A DNA stretch of 64,000 nt from Mobula hypostoma (GCF_963921235.1 NC_086098.1:2170001-2234000), one strand, 5' to 3'; shown: positions 36,776 to 49,671, counted from the stretch's first letter. The notes: generated from the letters alone by a model not told the origin. Numbers and translations are program-made.

Positions 36776-37391
36776 CCATTCTGCACTCTGACTCAATTAC
36801 TGTATGTATGAACGTGGGGGGAAATCATCTGGTAGTATGTGCTTGTAACAATTAAATTGGGAATAAAAGTTGGGAGTAAAAGTTGGAGATATGAATTATA
36901 AAGATTAATTCATCCAACAAGTCTGTCCATAATATCACTTACTCGGCATGTAAATGTTATTAAACGTCAGGACATAGAATGACCAACATTAAAATAAAAG
37001 ACCCGGCCGTATACTCAATAAACAAATAAAGAAACATATCATTGTTACATGAACCCATCAGGAAGTTAAATGATTCAAAGGTCAAGATTTAAAAAATATT
37101 AAAGATGATAATTAGTTCTCAAGGGACCTTGAATCCATTTGGCCCCCACCAGTAGCATGGTGGTTACCTTTGCTAAGTAGCCAGGCTTGTGTCTGTTTAT
37201 TGTTGGACTGGGAGCAACGGAAGAGTTAAAGCTCCATCACTGTGCACATAATGTAAACTCACAATCTACATTATTTTGCACGTCAAGCTTGCAATTTCAC
37301 TGACAAATGATTTACTTCCCTTTCCCTCTGCACTCCATTGTCCCCTCCCCCAAATCACTCTGCTGTAATTTCTCCACATCTTCTCCCCCTC

Positions 37392-37640
37392 AACACACAC
37401 ACACACACACACTTACACATACATATATATACATTATACACATTTCATATATACAGTATAGATGTAAATATATATCTATATCTATTTATCTCCAGTATAT
37501 ATGTATACCCATCAATTTATATAATATGGATTTGTGCATGCATGTGTATATTTATTTTATATATATGGTATATAAATAATTCACTTCTCTTTACACACAG
37601 GTAGGCATGTATGTATGTATAGGTAGGCATACATATACAG
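37392..37640. repeat. (CA)n/(AT)n microsatellite and low-complexity tract
   Basis: Direct inspection. Confidence 0.9.
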
Positions 37641-38929
37641 TTAGCCTTGAATTAGAAAGCCCCTAAAATTCAGGCAAATAAGGATAAATTAAAGTGACAG
37701 GGTCTCAGCCGTGGAAATCAGTGCAAGTCTAGCCTGAATGATGGGATAGTTAATTCCTACACATCCTAGACAATTGCTTTTTACTAACACGAGTCTTGGG
37801 GAAAAAAAAGGCAGATTCCAGAGACATATGGAGCAGGAGACGGAGTGGAAAAATAAATTAAAGGCCTTCTGCTGCTCTGAATCAGAGCTTTAACTACAGC
37901 AGTGACGGAAGGTGTTGCCACCATTAAACCTGGACTGATAAAACCCACATCTTCACTCAATCTTCAGTGATGAAAATAGAACGTTAAGTGCCTACCATGC
38001 CTGTTGGCACAACTAGTTTCAACAGTATTTATTACAACGTTAAATAAAAAAGCCTTTGAGGTCAGAAGGTCGCAGCCTTGTAGTTGGTGTAATTGACCCA
38101 GTGATGTGATCCCTGGAGATGTGGCTCAGGTTTAATTTAATGGTTTATGCTTCCTCCAAACACACATATCTTAATGAATGTTACAGAAAATACTACCTAA
38201 CTAGCATGAGCTCTGGTTTCCATTTAACCTCTGGCCTGTGAAGTAAAGGGCAGTTGGTTAAGTAGTGAGTGAGCACGTATCTACTTTCTATTAGCTAGCC
38301 ACGCGACTAGAACTAGTTTAAGTGTGTGGTGTTTTCACTGCCTGGGGCCAGCCAACACGTTTAGAGATGATGAACTACCCTGGCCAAGCAAGGACCTGTC
38401 CGAGTGTTCATTGTTGACTTCCAGGAGAAAAGCAAGCCTGGCAGTGACTGAAGCAGATAGATGATTCTCATTAGCAGAGCTGTACGGTGAACCAGACTGC
38501 CTTCGCAATACTGCTGAGGAACAGTGAAAATTACAGCAGGAACTGCCAACGCTGTAGACCGCTCTCTTTAACTCTTTCAGAGCCCAGTTCTGCCAAAAGA
38601 TCCATTTGCTCCCTCTTGGCGGAATATGCTAATGTTTCCAGTCTCATGAGTGGTGTTAAATTGGGGGAGGGAACGAATATGGGGAAAACAGAGTCTCAGG
38701 CGGATGAAGGAAAGAGTAGATCATCTAAAAGATACACAGGAGACCAGGATGAGAAAACAAATGGCTATATTATCCAGTCAATGCAGTGCAAAGCTGAATC
38801 ATGAATAGGTAACGGGGTATGTAAAAACAACAGAGGGACATCATAAAACACAAATGAATAGAAACACAATATTACACAGGAAAATAAAAATAAACTAATT
38901 TCAAAAAGAAACAACTGTTAAGTTTGAAG

Positions 38930-39432
38930 GGTTACCAGGATGCTGCCTGGATGAGAAGCCATGGGCTATACGCTAGGCTGAACAAGCGGAGATTTGACAG
39001 AGGTTTGTAAGATTATGAGAGGCAGAGATAGAGCAGACAGACAGTATCGTTTTCCCAGAGTTGGAATGTCTCATACCAGAGGGCGTGCATTGAAGGTGAG
39101 GGGGGTAATTTCAGAGAAGATGTGAGGGGCAAGCTTTATAGACAGAGGGTGGTGGAAGCCTAGAATGTGGGGTGTGGGGTGGTGGTGGAGGCAGATACAT
39201 TCGAGGCATGAATATGAGGAAATGGAAGGATATGGACATTGTGTAGGCAGAAGGGATGGGTTCAGTTGTTCATTTGATTTCTAATTCAGTTGGTCTGGCA
39301 CAGCTTTGATGGGCCACAGTGCCTGTTCCTGTTCTACCTTCTATGTTCGAAAATTGAATTGAATTGAATTTGAATTGAATTGACTTTATTTCTTACATCC
39401 TTCACGTACATGAGGAGTAAAAATCTTTACAT
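38930..39432 (+). mobile_element. Degenerate CR1 3' fragment followed by an antisense Rex1-type tail with (GAATT)n
   Basis: TRMLPG and EVCKIMRG motifs; the tail matches the reverse complement of about 55855-55918. Confidence 0.7.
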
Positions 39433-39582
39433 AAATCATTGTAGTTAATGAAGCAAATATTTAGCAAGTAAAGTTTTGAATGAAGGGATTTATTTTTATC
39501 TAAATTTTAAGCCATATTGCTCAAGGAACAATTCTGTTTTATGTTGCAAGGGAGAGCTGCTTCTTTTCAATGAGGTACTTAC

Positions 39583-39651
39583 TGCACTGGCTTCTTCAAC
39601 AATCTTTCCGGACAGCCACACTCAACGGTGGTTTTATAATAAGGGGCGAAG
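39583..39651 (-). other. Candidate 69-nt exon
   Basis: cacttcttgttcag| ... GTGCA|GTAAGT; one open frame, FAPYYKTTVECGCPERLLKKPV. Confidence 0.25.
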
Positions 39652-40471
39652 CTGAACAAGAAGTGCTTGGTATGATTGATGGATGAGTCAAAGATACAAA
39701 CACATTTTCTGCTTAAAGATAGGACCATGCATCATTCATGCTATACATCTCCAGCACAGGCCTTACTTTATAGAAAAAATCCAGATGAAAATATTTGCCA
39801 CTGATCTGGAGCTTTCCAATTATCAGGTGGTTGACAAGGTTTTATGTGAAGCTGCAATATTTCAGGGGAACTAAGTTTGGGAAGTGGAACATACACTCAG
39901 TGGCCAATTTATTACGTACCAACTGCTCGTTAATGCACATATCTAACAAATTCAATGCATAAAGGCATGCAGTCATGGTCAAGAAGTTCAGTTCCATAAC
40001 ATGACAGCAAGATACAAAACATACACTCAGTGGCCACTTTATTAGGTACACCTGCTTGTTATGCAAGTATCTAATTAGCCAATCATGTGGCAGCAACTCG
40101 ATGCACAAAAGCATGCAGACATAGTCAAGAGATTCAGTTGTTGTTCAGACCAAACATCAGAATGGGGAAGAAATGTGATCTAAATGACTTTAATGGTGGA
40201 GTGAATGCTGCTGCCAGACAGGGTGGTTTGAATATCTCAGAAACGGCTGATCCTGAGACTTTCATACATGACAAGTACAGGCATTCCCAAACCAGGATCC
40301 ACACCTGCAGTCCACAGACTCTTTGGTTAATGGTAAGAGCCATGGCATATAAAAAAACTCTTCTCTATAGTGCAGAGTTTAATGAGAGTGGTGTGAAAAA
40401 CAAACAAAAAAGCATTCATTAAACATGTCTAAGCAACACACAGAAAATATCCAGGTCACTGTATATCACGC

Positions 40472-41308
40472 AGTAGTAAATCAAGTTAACTGGACTTACT
40501 GTGCTGTTACAAAGACAGTTCGCCACTTATCTGAGAGGCTCCTTCGATTCTGATCCATGGTGGGTAGCTTTCTGGTTTATAAACTCTGTTGAAACGTTGA
40601 CTGTACCTTTTTCCACAGATGCTGCCTGGCCTGCTGAGTTCCTCCAGCATTTTGTGTTGCTTGGATTTCCAGAACCTGCAGATTTTCTTTTGCTTGTGGG
40701 TTGTTTAAAGGTATAGCAATCACGTGAGGGTTGTTGAGAGTCGTAGAGGTAATGAGAGGGTCATTAGTCTTATCTTTTCATGAATGAAGGTGTGAACTGT
40801 TGTGGAGATGCTGGGGTAGAGATGTTAGGAGTGCACTGTAAGTAGCTGTTAGCAAGTGTTGTACCATGCCCTCTCTGTCCAATGCAATGAGGACTGCACA
40901 GATCTATATATCACTGAGACAAAACAACCACTTCACAAATGGATGGCCCAACATAGGAGGGCTAACACCTTGGCTGTGTATCAACCTAAAGGACAAGGGC
41001 CACTCCGTTGATGATAACAATGTGCACGTTTTGGATAGGGAGGAGAGGCGATTTGAAAGAGAGGTTAAAGAAGCCATCTTTGTCAAACTGAAAAGCCCAT
41101 CCCTGTACGACACCACCTATCAGCTGCTTACAATGCAGTCTTAACATCTCCACCTTGGCCTTCATGTGATTGCTATACCTTTAAATAACTCACAGAGTTT
41201 AAAAGTCGGAAAACTACCTACCATAGATCAGAACTGAAGAAGCCTCTCGGACGAGTGGCAAAACGTCTTCTAAGTAACCCAGCAAGTCCAGTGCCTTGAT
41301 ATATTACT
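40472..41308 (+). mobile_element. Penelope-like element family B: GIY-YIG remnant between inverted terminal repeats
   Basis: VQCNEDCTDLYITETKQPLHKWMAQHRR...LKDKGHSVDDNNVHVLDREERRFEREVKEAIFVK; 40472-40865 is an inverted copy of 41103-41308 and is itself split by a family A insert (about 40590-40697). Confidence 0.88.
41230..41271 (+). ncRNA. Minimal hammerhead motif, PLE family B (G12 mutated to A)
   Basis: AGAA-CTGAAGA-A-GCCTCTCGGACGAGTGGC-AAAA-C-GTC-TTCT. Confidence 0.65.
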
Positions 41309-41689
41309 GATGATATTCAGTGAAAAGCAATACTGTGGGCAAAGATGCCTTGTTAGTGAGAGAGGTCAGAGGAGACTGGCTAGACTGGTTCAAGCTGACA
41401 AGAAGGCAACAGTAACTCAAATAAACACACTTTACAGCAGTGGTGTGCAGAACAGCATCTCTGAAACCACAGCACGTTGAACCTTGAAGTGGATGTCTAT
41501 GAGCAGCAGAAGACCACAAAGATACATATTAGGAATATCGTGTACCTAATGAAGCAGGCACAGAGTGCAATGTGTTATTAGGTTAGAATGAACTTTTCCC
41601 CCATCTCCCTGCACCATCTCTAAGGGGCAGTGATCATGATTCAAATGTTGAAATCAATTGAAATCAAATTTGACTACACTACTTTGTCA

Positions 41690-42350
41690 AGCTCCTCTGC
41701 TCTATCCACAAAAAGCAGAATTTCCCGGCAGCCAGCCATTCTAATTCCTATCCCCATTGCCTATGACCTTCTCTCTACCACTTTGAGTAACACCTCATAC
41801 GCCAAACATGAAGAAATCTGCAGATGCTGGAATTTCAAGCAACACACATAAAAATTGCTGGTGAACGCAACAGGCCAGGCAGCATCTACAGGAAGAGGTA
41901 CAGTCGACGTTTTGGGCCGAGACCCTTCGTCAGGACTAACTGAAAGAAGAGATAGTAAGAGATTTCAAAGCGTCGACTGTTCCTCTTCCTATAGCTGCTG
42001 CCTGGCCTGCTGCGTTCACCAGCAATTTTTATGTGTGTTACCTCATATTCCATCTAGGTAGCCTCTAACCTGATGGTAGGAACATCGATTTCTCCTTCAA
42101 ATAATATTCTTTTCCTCCCACTTCCCTCTTCTCCTCACCTGCCTATCATCTCTCTCTGGTGCCCCTCCTCCTTCTCTTTTATATCCTTTCAGATTCCTTC
42201 TTCTCTATCCCTTTACCTTCCCCACCCACCTGGCTATCCTCTTTCCACTCCCACCACCTTTTTATTCTGACATCTTCCCCCTTCCTTTTCAGTCCTGATG
42301 AAGGGCCTTGGTCCAAAATATCGACTGTTTATTCCTCTCCACAGATGCTG
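41690..42350 (+). mobile_element. PLE family A 3' remnant with fold-back insert at 41800-42039
   Basis: HLIFHLGSL split by the insert; 8-bp duplication acctcata (41792-41799 and 42040-42047); hammerhead motifs 41902-41937 (-) and 42291-42326 (+). Confidence 0.82.
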
Positions 42351-42514
42351 TAAGATGAGCTGAGAAATAGTCCCTATCTTTGATGAACTTGTGATCTCCT
42401 GAAATGGTTATCAGTACTTCTGTCTTCTTCATAATTTTTGACAGAAGTTGTAGAAGCATGAAAAGGCCTCAGTGATGGCTCTGAAGGATTCCTACTCCGG
42501 ACTTAATACAAGAT

Positions 42515-43040
42515 CATAAGACCACAGGACAAAATAGCAGAATTAGGCCAATCAGCCCATCAAGTCTGCGCCACTGTTCCATCATAGCTGACCCTAACCC
42601 TAATGACTGATCCTTCTCAACCCCATTCTCCTGTTTCCTTCCTGTAACCTTTGACGCTGTGACTAATCAAGAACCTATCAACCTCCCCTCCCAATGACTT
42701 GGCCCCCACAGCCATCTGTGACAATGAACGCCGCAGATTTACCACCCTTTTGCTAAATAAATTCCTCCTCATCTTTGTTTGAAATGGACGTCCTATTCTG
42801 AGGTTTGACCTCTGGTCCTAGACTCCCCTCCTGTAGGAAACATCTTCTCCACGTCCACTCTATCTTGACCTTTCAGAATTCGACAGGTTTCAGGATCAGA
42901 ATCATAATTGAGTTTACTATCCTGATTCTTCTAAGCTCCAATGAGTACAGGCCCAGAACTATCAAACACTCCTCATACATTAATTATTTCATTCCTGTGA
43001 ACCTCCTCTGGACCCTCTCTAATGCCCCCACATCCTTTCA
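42515..43040 (-). mobile_element. CR1 3' fragment
   Basis: Homologous to the other CR1 3' ends. Confidence 0.78.
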
Positions 43041-44375
43041 ATATATTAACTTATTGCACTTTAAAGCACAGAACTGATTGAGGACTGACAGTCAAACTCC
43101 ATGTGGCCCAGTATAATGGGTAATTAGAGGCATCTGACCACTCAGCTGTCTATCAGGAAGAGCTACACCTATATAATGACACTGAGCCTTTCTCAAATGT
43201 TTCAAACTCAGCTGTCAGTCAAACCATTGCACCAAGCTGTGATCCATTTGCTTTGTCTCTGTCGAGATTTACAAAGACAATATCTGCATCTATGTTGAAA
43301 CCAAAGACAGATGATGAATGAATCTCTCACAATTACATCAGATCAGCTAACCATTCATTAATATGGCTTGAGTGATAACATTTGACAAATTATGAATCGG
43401 TGGTGCAGAGAACTTCTGAATGACTACAGGAGAGAAAGAGAGTAGTTGGTTCATGTCCAAATCATCTCTCTACCACCTTCTGATTCTACCCACTGGTTTT
43501 TGGATTAGGGTATAGAATTGTTAGCTTTCCTCTATTTTCCTTGTAGTTTCACTTTCCTACACTTGCTTGTATCTTTACAGAATCACATTGGTTGTGTGTC
43601 AGTCTTCGTCTGTGTGTAATTTTTCACTGATTCTATTGTATTTCTTTGTTCTACTGTGAATGCCTGCCAGAAAATGAATCTATATGTATTATTTGGAGAC
43701 ATATATGTACCTTGATGATAAATTTACTTTGAACTTTGATCTACATACATGTCATTGTTCAGTGAATTTTCTAGCAATTACAGGAAAGTTGATGGTGTAT
43801 TTTTCCAGAAGCTTCTTATTTTTCTATAGACATCTTATTTTCCTGTAGCAGGTGTCACTCCACTTGAATATGGCTATTTGATAAGCTAATTGTTATTATT
43901 GGGAATTGTGTTATCTCTAGTCAGTACGAGATGACCATGACTGCTTTTTGCACTTTCTTTTCTTTGTTCTCTTGGTTCTTATTTGGTCTGTTGTTTGTCC
44001 TAGTAACATTTTTAAAAGGGCTGTAAGTAACAAGTTTTATGCCTCATCCTTGAGTTCCAAGAACCTTTGGATCACAAAAGGCCTTGCATTTTTTCCCCAC
44101 CCTATCATTATCCAATTTCCTCTTGTAGGCTGAAATGGAACATGCCTCCACTACATCTACAAGAGTGCCTTCCAGAATCGAAACGCACAATGTGTAAAAT
44201 GTGTAAAAGTGTTTTTTTTCAGCATTGTCACTGTAAATTTTCTTCTTCATTGTACAAGAAGTTGGGTCATAACCCATCTGGCAAACTGCCTTTTCCAAAA
44301 GTGGACAGGAAAAAATATTGCAGACATTACCTACGTAGCAAACTGTCTTTTCCAAAAATGGACAGGAAAAATCAT

Positions 44376-44577
44376 AAACATGAGAAAATCTGCAGATGCT
44401 GGAAATTCAAGCAACACACACAAAATGCTGGTGAACGCAGCAGGCCAGACAGCATCTACAGGGAGAAGTACAGTCGATGTTTTGGGTCTAAACCCTTCGT
44501 CAGGACTAACGGAAAAAAGAAATAGTAAGAGATTTGAAAGTGGGAGGGGGAGGGGGAGACCCGAAATGATAGGAAAA
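44376..44577 (-). mobile_element. PLE family A terminal repeat inserted into a tandem repeat of about 57 bp
   Basis: 15-bp duplication gacaggaaaaatcat (44361-44375 and 44578-44592); hammerhead motif 44472-44507. Confidence 0.85.
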
Positions 44578-45524
44578 GACAGGAAAAATCATTATGTGCA
44601 CTACCAACATAGAAAACTGCCTCTTCCAAAATTTCCCTTCTGCAAAGTTCAATAGCACCATTAAAGCAAAAACTTCTTTCCCCAGGAGGTTAGAATCCAA
44701 ATCAGGTTTAGTATCACTGGCATATGTCAAGAAATTTGTTGTTAATTATCTGATATTAAATAGAACTATTGAACTGTTGAACTAGTAACCATTTGCACCC
44801 TGGGAAAAAGTCTCTGGCTTTCTACTTGATCTATGCCCCTTATCATCTCCTACACCTCTATCAAGTCAAGTCACTTCTCATCCTCCTTTGCTGCGAAGAG
44901 AAAAGCCCCAGCTCACTCCACAATTTATTCTGAAGATTAAAGCCAATGTCCATACTGTGATTACAGCAACTGGCTGGAAAGGTGAAGGTGATAAACCCAA
45001 ATGCTGGTGTATGTTATTTAATATATATTATTGTATGGATTTGATGTTTACTAAGTTTCAACAAAACAATGTCCTTGTGAATGGTTGGTTTTACAGACTG
45101 GAATATATATACTAGTATATATTTACAATGTAAACACCATTGTAAAAGTTGTTTTACAGTGCAGTACAGTAATGGGACTAATAGATAGAGTGGGTTGGAG
45201 TGGCTAACTAGAATGACTGATCAGAGTAACAAAGAAGCCGCTACAGTGGCTGTATCTCAGTAGGAGTTTGAGAAGATATGGTATGACAACAAAGACTCTC
45301 ACAAATTTCTATGGATGTACCATGGAGAGCATTCTAACTGGTTGAATGACCCTCTGTTATGGAGGGACCACTGCACAGGATCAGAAAAAGCTTCAGAAAG
45401 TTGTAAACTCAGCCAGCCCCATCAAGGCCACTAGCCTCCCAGCATCAAGAACACCTTCAACAGGCAGTACCTCAATGCTACTCTGCTTTTTGGAAAGTCT
45501 GATCACCTAGCTGCACTTCTACTC

Positions 45525-48135
45525 CTTGAGTACAGGCCGAGACTGAAGATTGCAGCACCAGTAGTGAGGACCAAGAAGGTGTGGACAAGGAAATCACAGG
45601 AGTGCTTACAGGACTGCTTTGAATGAGTAGTCTGGACTATATTCAGGGATTCATCTTCGAACCTGCATGACTGTGATGTAAGACCATAAGACAAAGGAGC
45701 AGAAGTCGGCCATTCGGCCCATCGAGTCTTCTCTGCCATTTTATCATGACCTGATCCGTTCTCCCATTAAGTCCCACTCCCCGGCTTTCTCACCATAACC
45801 TTTGATGCCTTGGCTACTCAGATACCCATCAATCTCTGCCTTAAATACACCCAATGACTTAGTCTCCACTGCTGCCCTTGGCAACAAATTCCATAGATTC
45901 ACCACCCTCTGACTAAAAAAATTTCTTCGCATTTCTGTTCTGAATGGGTGCCCTTTAATCCTTAAGTCATGCCCTCTCGTACTAGACTCCTCCATCCTGG
46001 GAAACAACTTTGCCACATCCACTCTGTCCATGCCTTTCAACATTCGAAATGTTTCTATGAGGTCTCCCCTCATTCTTCTAAACTCCAAGGAATATAGTCC
46101 AAGAGCGGACAAATGTTCCTCATATGTTAACCTTCTCATTTCCAGAATCATTCTAGTGAATCTTCTCTGTACCCTCTCCAACGTCAGCACATCCTTTCTC
46201 AGATAAGGAGACCAAATCTGCCCACAGTACTCCAAGTGAGGTCTCACCAGTGCCTTATAGAGCCTCAACATCACATCCTTGCTCCTATACTCTATTCCGC
46301 TAGAAATGAATGCCAACATTGCATTCGCCTTCTTCACCACCGACCCAACCTGGAGGTTAACCTTAAGGGTATCCTGTACGAAGACTCCCAAGTCCCGTTG
46401 CATCTCAGAACTTTGAATTCTCTCCCCATTTAAATAATAGTCTGCCCATCTATTTCTTCTGCCAAAGTGCATAACCATACACTTTCCAACATTGTATTTC
46501 ATTTGCCACTTCTTTGCCCATTCTTCCAATCTATCCAAGTCTCTCTGCAGACTCTCCATTTCCTCAGCAACTACCAGTCCCTCCACCTATCTTTGTATAG
46601 TCAGCAAACTGAGCCACAAAGCCATCTATTCCATAACCCAAATTGTTGATGTACTATGTAAAAAGAAGCGGCCCCAACACGGACCCCTGTGGAACACCAC
46701 TGGTAACCGGCAGCCAACCAGAATAGGATCCCTTTATTCCCACTCTCTGTTTCCTGCCAATCAGCCAATGCTCTGTCCATGTATGTAACTTTCCCGTAAT
46801 TCCATGGGCTCTTATCTTGTTAAGTAGCCTCATGTGTGGCACCTTGTCAAAGGCCTTCTGAAAATCCAAATATACAACATCCACTGCATCTGCCTTGTCT
46901 GGCCTACTTGTAATTTCCTCAAAAAATTGTAATAGGTTTGTCAGGCAGGATTTTCCTTTAAGGAAACCATGCTGAGTTCTGCCTATCGTTTCATATGCCT
47001 CCAGGTACTCTGTAACCTCATCCTTGACAATCGACTCCAACAACTTCCCAACCACCGAAGTCAAGCTAACAGATCTATAATTTCCTTTTTGCTTCCTTGC
47101 CCCCTTCTTAAATAGTGGAGTGACATTTGCAATCTTCCAGTCCTCCGGAACCATGCCAGAATCTATCGACTTTTGAAAGATCATCGCTAATGCCTCTGCA
47201 ATCTCCACAGCTATTTCCTTCAGAACACAAGGGTGCATTCCATCTGGTCCGGGAGATTTATCTACCTTTAGCCTATTCAACTTCCTGAGTACTTTTTCTG
47301 TCATAATTATGACTGCGCACACTTCTCTTCCTTGCCACCATTGAGTGTCTGGTATACTGCTGATGTCTTCCTCAGTGAAGACTGATGCAAAATACTCATT
47401 CAGTTCCTCTGCCATCTCCTTATCTCCCATTACAATTTCTCCAGCATCATTTTCTATCTGTCCTATATCTACTCTCACCTGTCTTTTACTCTTTATATAC
47501 TTGAAAAAGCTTTTAGTATCCTCTTTGATATTATTTGCTAGCTTCCTTTCATAATTAATCTTTTCCCTCTTAATGACCTTTTTAGTTTCCTTTTGTAAGG
47601 TTTTAAAAACTTCCCAATCCCCTGTCTTCCCACTAATTTTTGCTTCCTTGTATGCCCTCTCCTTTTATGGAATATGCCTGGCTTGCACCTTCCTCACTTC
47701 TCACATAAACTCCAGCCACTGCTGCTCTGCCGTCTTTCCCGCCAGTGTCCCTTTCCAGTCAACTTTGGCCAGTTTCTCTCTCATGCCACTGTAATTTCCT
47801 TTACTCCACTGAAATACTGACACATCAGATTTCAGCTTCTCTTTTTCAAATTTCACAGTGAACTCAATCATGTTATGATCACTGCCTCCTAAGGGTTCCT
47901 TCACCTCAATCTCTCTAATCACCTCTGGTTCATTACACAATACCCAATCCAGTACAGCCGATCTCCTAGTGGGCTCAACAACAAGCTGTTCTAAAAAGCC
48001 ATCTCGCAGATATTCTACAAATTCATAATGTAGTTATTACTGACTTCATTAAGACCTGTGTGGATGAGTGTGTGCCTACAAACATTTGCAGTCCATTCCC
48101 AAACCAAAAGCCGTGGATGGAACGGGAGGTGCGTT
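45525..48135 (+). mobile_element. Rex1-type ORF fragment split by the CR1 at 45680-48022
   Basis: RLKIAAPVVRTKKVWT...LQDCFE continues as TDFIKTCVDECVPT...FPNQKPWM. Confidence 0.8.
45680..48022 (-). pseudogene. Relatively young 5'-truncated CR1 ORF2 (reverse transcriptase)
   Basis: Long ORFs 46654-47478 (NYRSVSLTS, QHGF, YLDFQKAFDKV, GVPQGSVLGP) and 45744-46586; stop and frameshift between them. Confidence 0.95.
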
Positions 48136-48930
48136 AAATTTTTAACACATGTAAGCATCATATTAACATAAAATTAAGAATGGAGAAAAAAGTTGCCATA
48201 ATGAGGCTAGAGGCTAGAGATTAAAATTTCGATATGTGAGCATATTTTTGAACATACTCAATATATTTACTACAACAGGAAATAGAAGCATAGCAACGTG
48301 CCTTCTGCTGCTGTATAAGCTCACAGTGATGGCAAGGGCTTTGTTTAGTGACAACTTAATACAATGCCTGATGTGAAACAAACAAACCAGCTAATCACCT
48401 GCTTACTACATGAAAACTGCTGTATTCACCAGCTGGAATCTCAGTCCAATGTGAGGAGGACTGAAAGAGGGAAAGTACCAGTACTTTAGAAGATGCTGTT
48501 GATCAAAACTGGATTTATTGTTCCTTTCCTTGTCTTCTCTCACATCGCTTCATCTCCTCTTGCTTTCTAAGGCTGAAGTGGAGCATTATCCACCTCAGAC
48601 ATTCCTGACAGATGGTTAAGATTTGGAGACTAACTTCAGACATCTTTATTCTTAAACAACAATTTTGTCTTTGTGGAGGGACGGCTGATTTAAAAAACTG
48701 TCCAGAAAGCTTCACACTTCAAAAGTGAATGATGTCCCTAGTCAATTCCTTGCATTGATATTATTGCTCGCATTAGAAATTAATTACTTTTGGGATTTAT
48801 TCATATCCATTGGAACTCACACAAATACGATTGGCTTTGCAAATAAAATGACCCAATAATTCTTTAGATGCTGGAAACACAAAATGTTGGAGGAACTCAG
48901 CAAGGCAGGCAGCATCTATGGAGGGGAGTA

Positions 48931-49357
48931 TTTATTTATTTAAAGATATAGCGCGGAACATGTCCTTCCAGCCAGTGAGCTGCACCGTCCAGAAACCCAC
49001 ATATTGAACCTTAGACTGAACATGAGAAAATATGCCTACGAACTGATATACCTGTGGCCAGTATATCTCTTCAGTCCTGACGAAGGGTTCCGGCCCAAAA
49101 CGTTGACTGATCGTTTCCACGGATGCTGCCCAACCTGCTGAGTTCCTCCAGCGTGTTGTGAGTGTTGCTTTGACCCCAGCATCTGCAGATTATTTTGTGT
49201 TTGCCAGTGGAGAGAACCGGAACACCCAAAGGAAACCCAGGTGGCTCATGGGGAAAGCATACAGACTGCTTAGAGATGGCACTGGAATTGATCTCCGAAC
49301 TATGGAAAGCCTCATGCCGTAATAGTATCACGTCAACTGCTACGTTATTGTGGCACC
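48931..49357 (-). mobile_element. V-SINE split by a PLE family A insert (49071-49203)
   Basis: Reverse complement has gggtttcctttgggtgttccggttctctcc (V domain) and a (TAAA)n tail; hammerhead motif 49073-49108 in the insert. Confidence 0.75.
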
Positions 49358-49492
49358 TAAATAGTTATCATTTCATGCCTAGGTGAACCTGTGTCCCAGT
49401 GAAGGGTCTCTGTATGAGCCATCAACTGTTTTTCCCCTTAGGAGATGTTGCCTGACTCAGACCAAGAGCAGGATGAAGATACACTAGGGCAA

Positions 49493-49671
49493 CACACACA
49501 AAATGCTGGTGGAACGCTGCAGGCCAGACAGCATCCATAGGAAGAAGTACAGTCGACGTTTCAGGCCAAGACCCTTCTTCCTCTGGATGCTGTCTGGCCT
49601 GCTGTGTTCCACCAGTCATTTTGTGTGTGTTGCTTGAATTTCCAGCATCTGCAGATTTCCTCGTGTTTACT
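49493..49671. mobile_element. Fold-back PLE-derived insert nested in an older PLE repeat
   Basis: Inverted arms; 11-bp duplication cactagggcaa (49482-49492 and 49672-49682). Confidence 0.82.

Larger units (their letters stand above)
39892..41567 (+). mobile_element. Tc1/mariner transposon remnant (main copy 40024-41567, partial left end 39892-40005), interrupted by a PLE
   Basis: TA|CACTCAGTGGCCACTTTATTAGGTACA TIR and a decayed inverse at 41541-41567; MGKKCDLNDFNGG...GLNISETAD and RGQRRLARLVQADKKATVTQI; no DDE domain seen. Confidence 0.88.

Noticed and set aside
37581..37606. Recursive-splice-like YAG|GTAGG site
   Set aside because: Embedded in a CA/AT low-complexity tract
45744..47478. Long RT ORFs as retron, group II intron or functional host genes (also 51550-53040, 60285-60968)
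   Set aside because: Motifs and tails are those of CR1 non-LTR elements; copies are 5'-truncated and disrupted
48407..48614. Possible small exons on either strand (SSSHWTEIPAGEYSSFHV on minus; AEVEHYPPQTFLTD on plus)
   Set aside because: Weak donor contexts and no independent support; expected by chance
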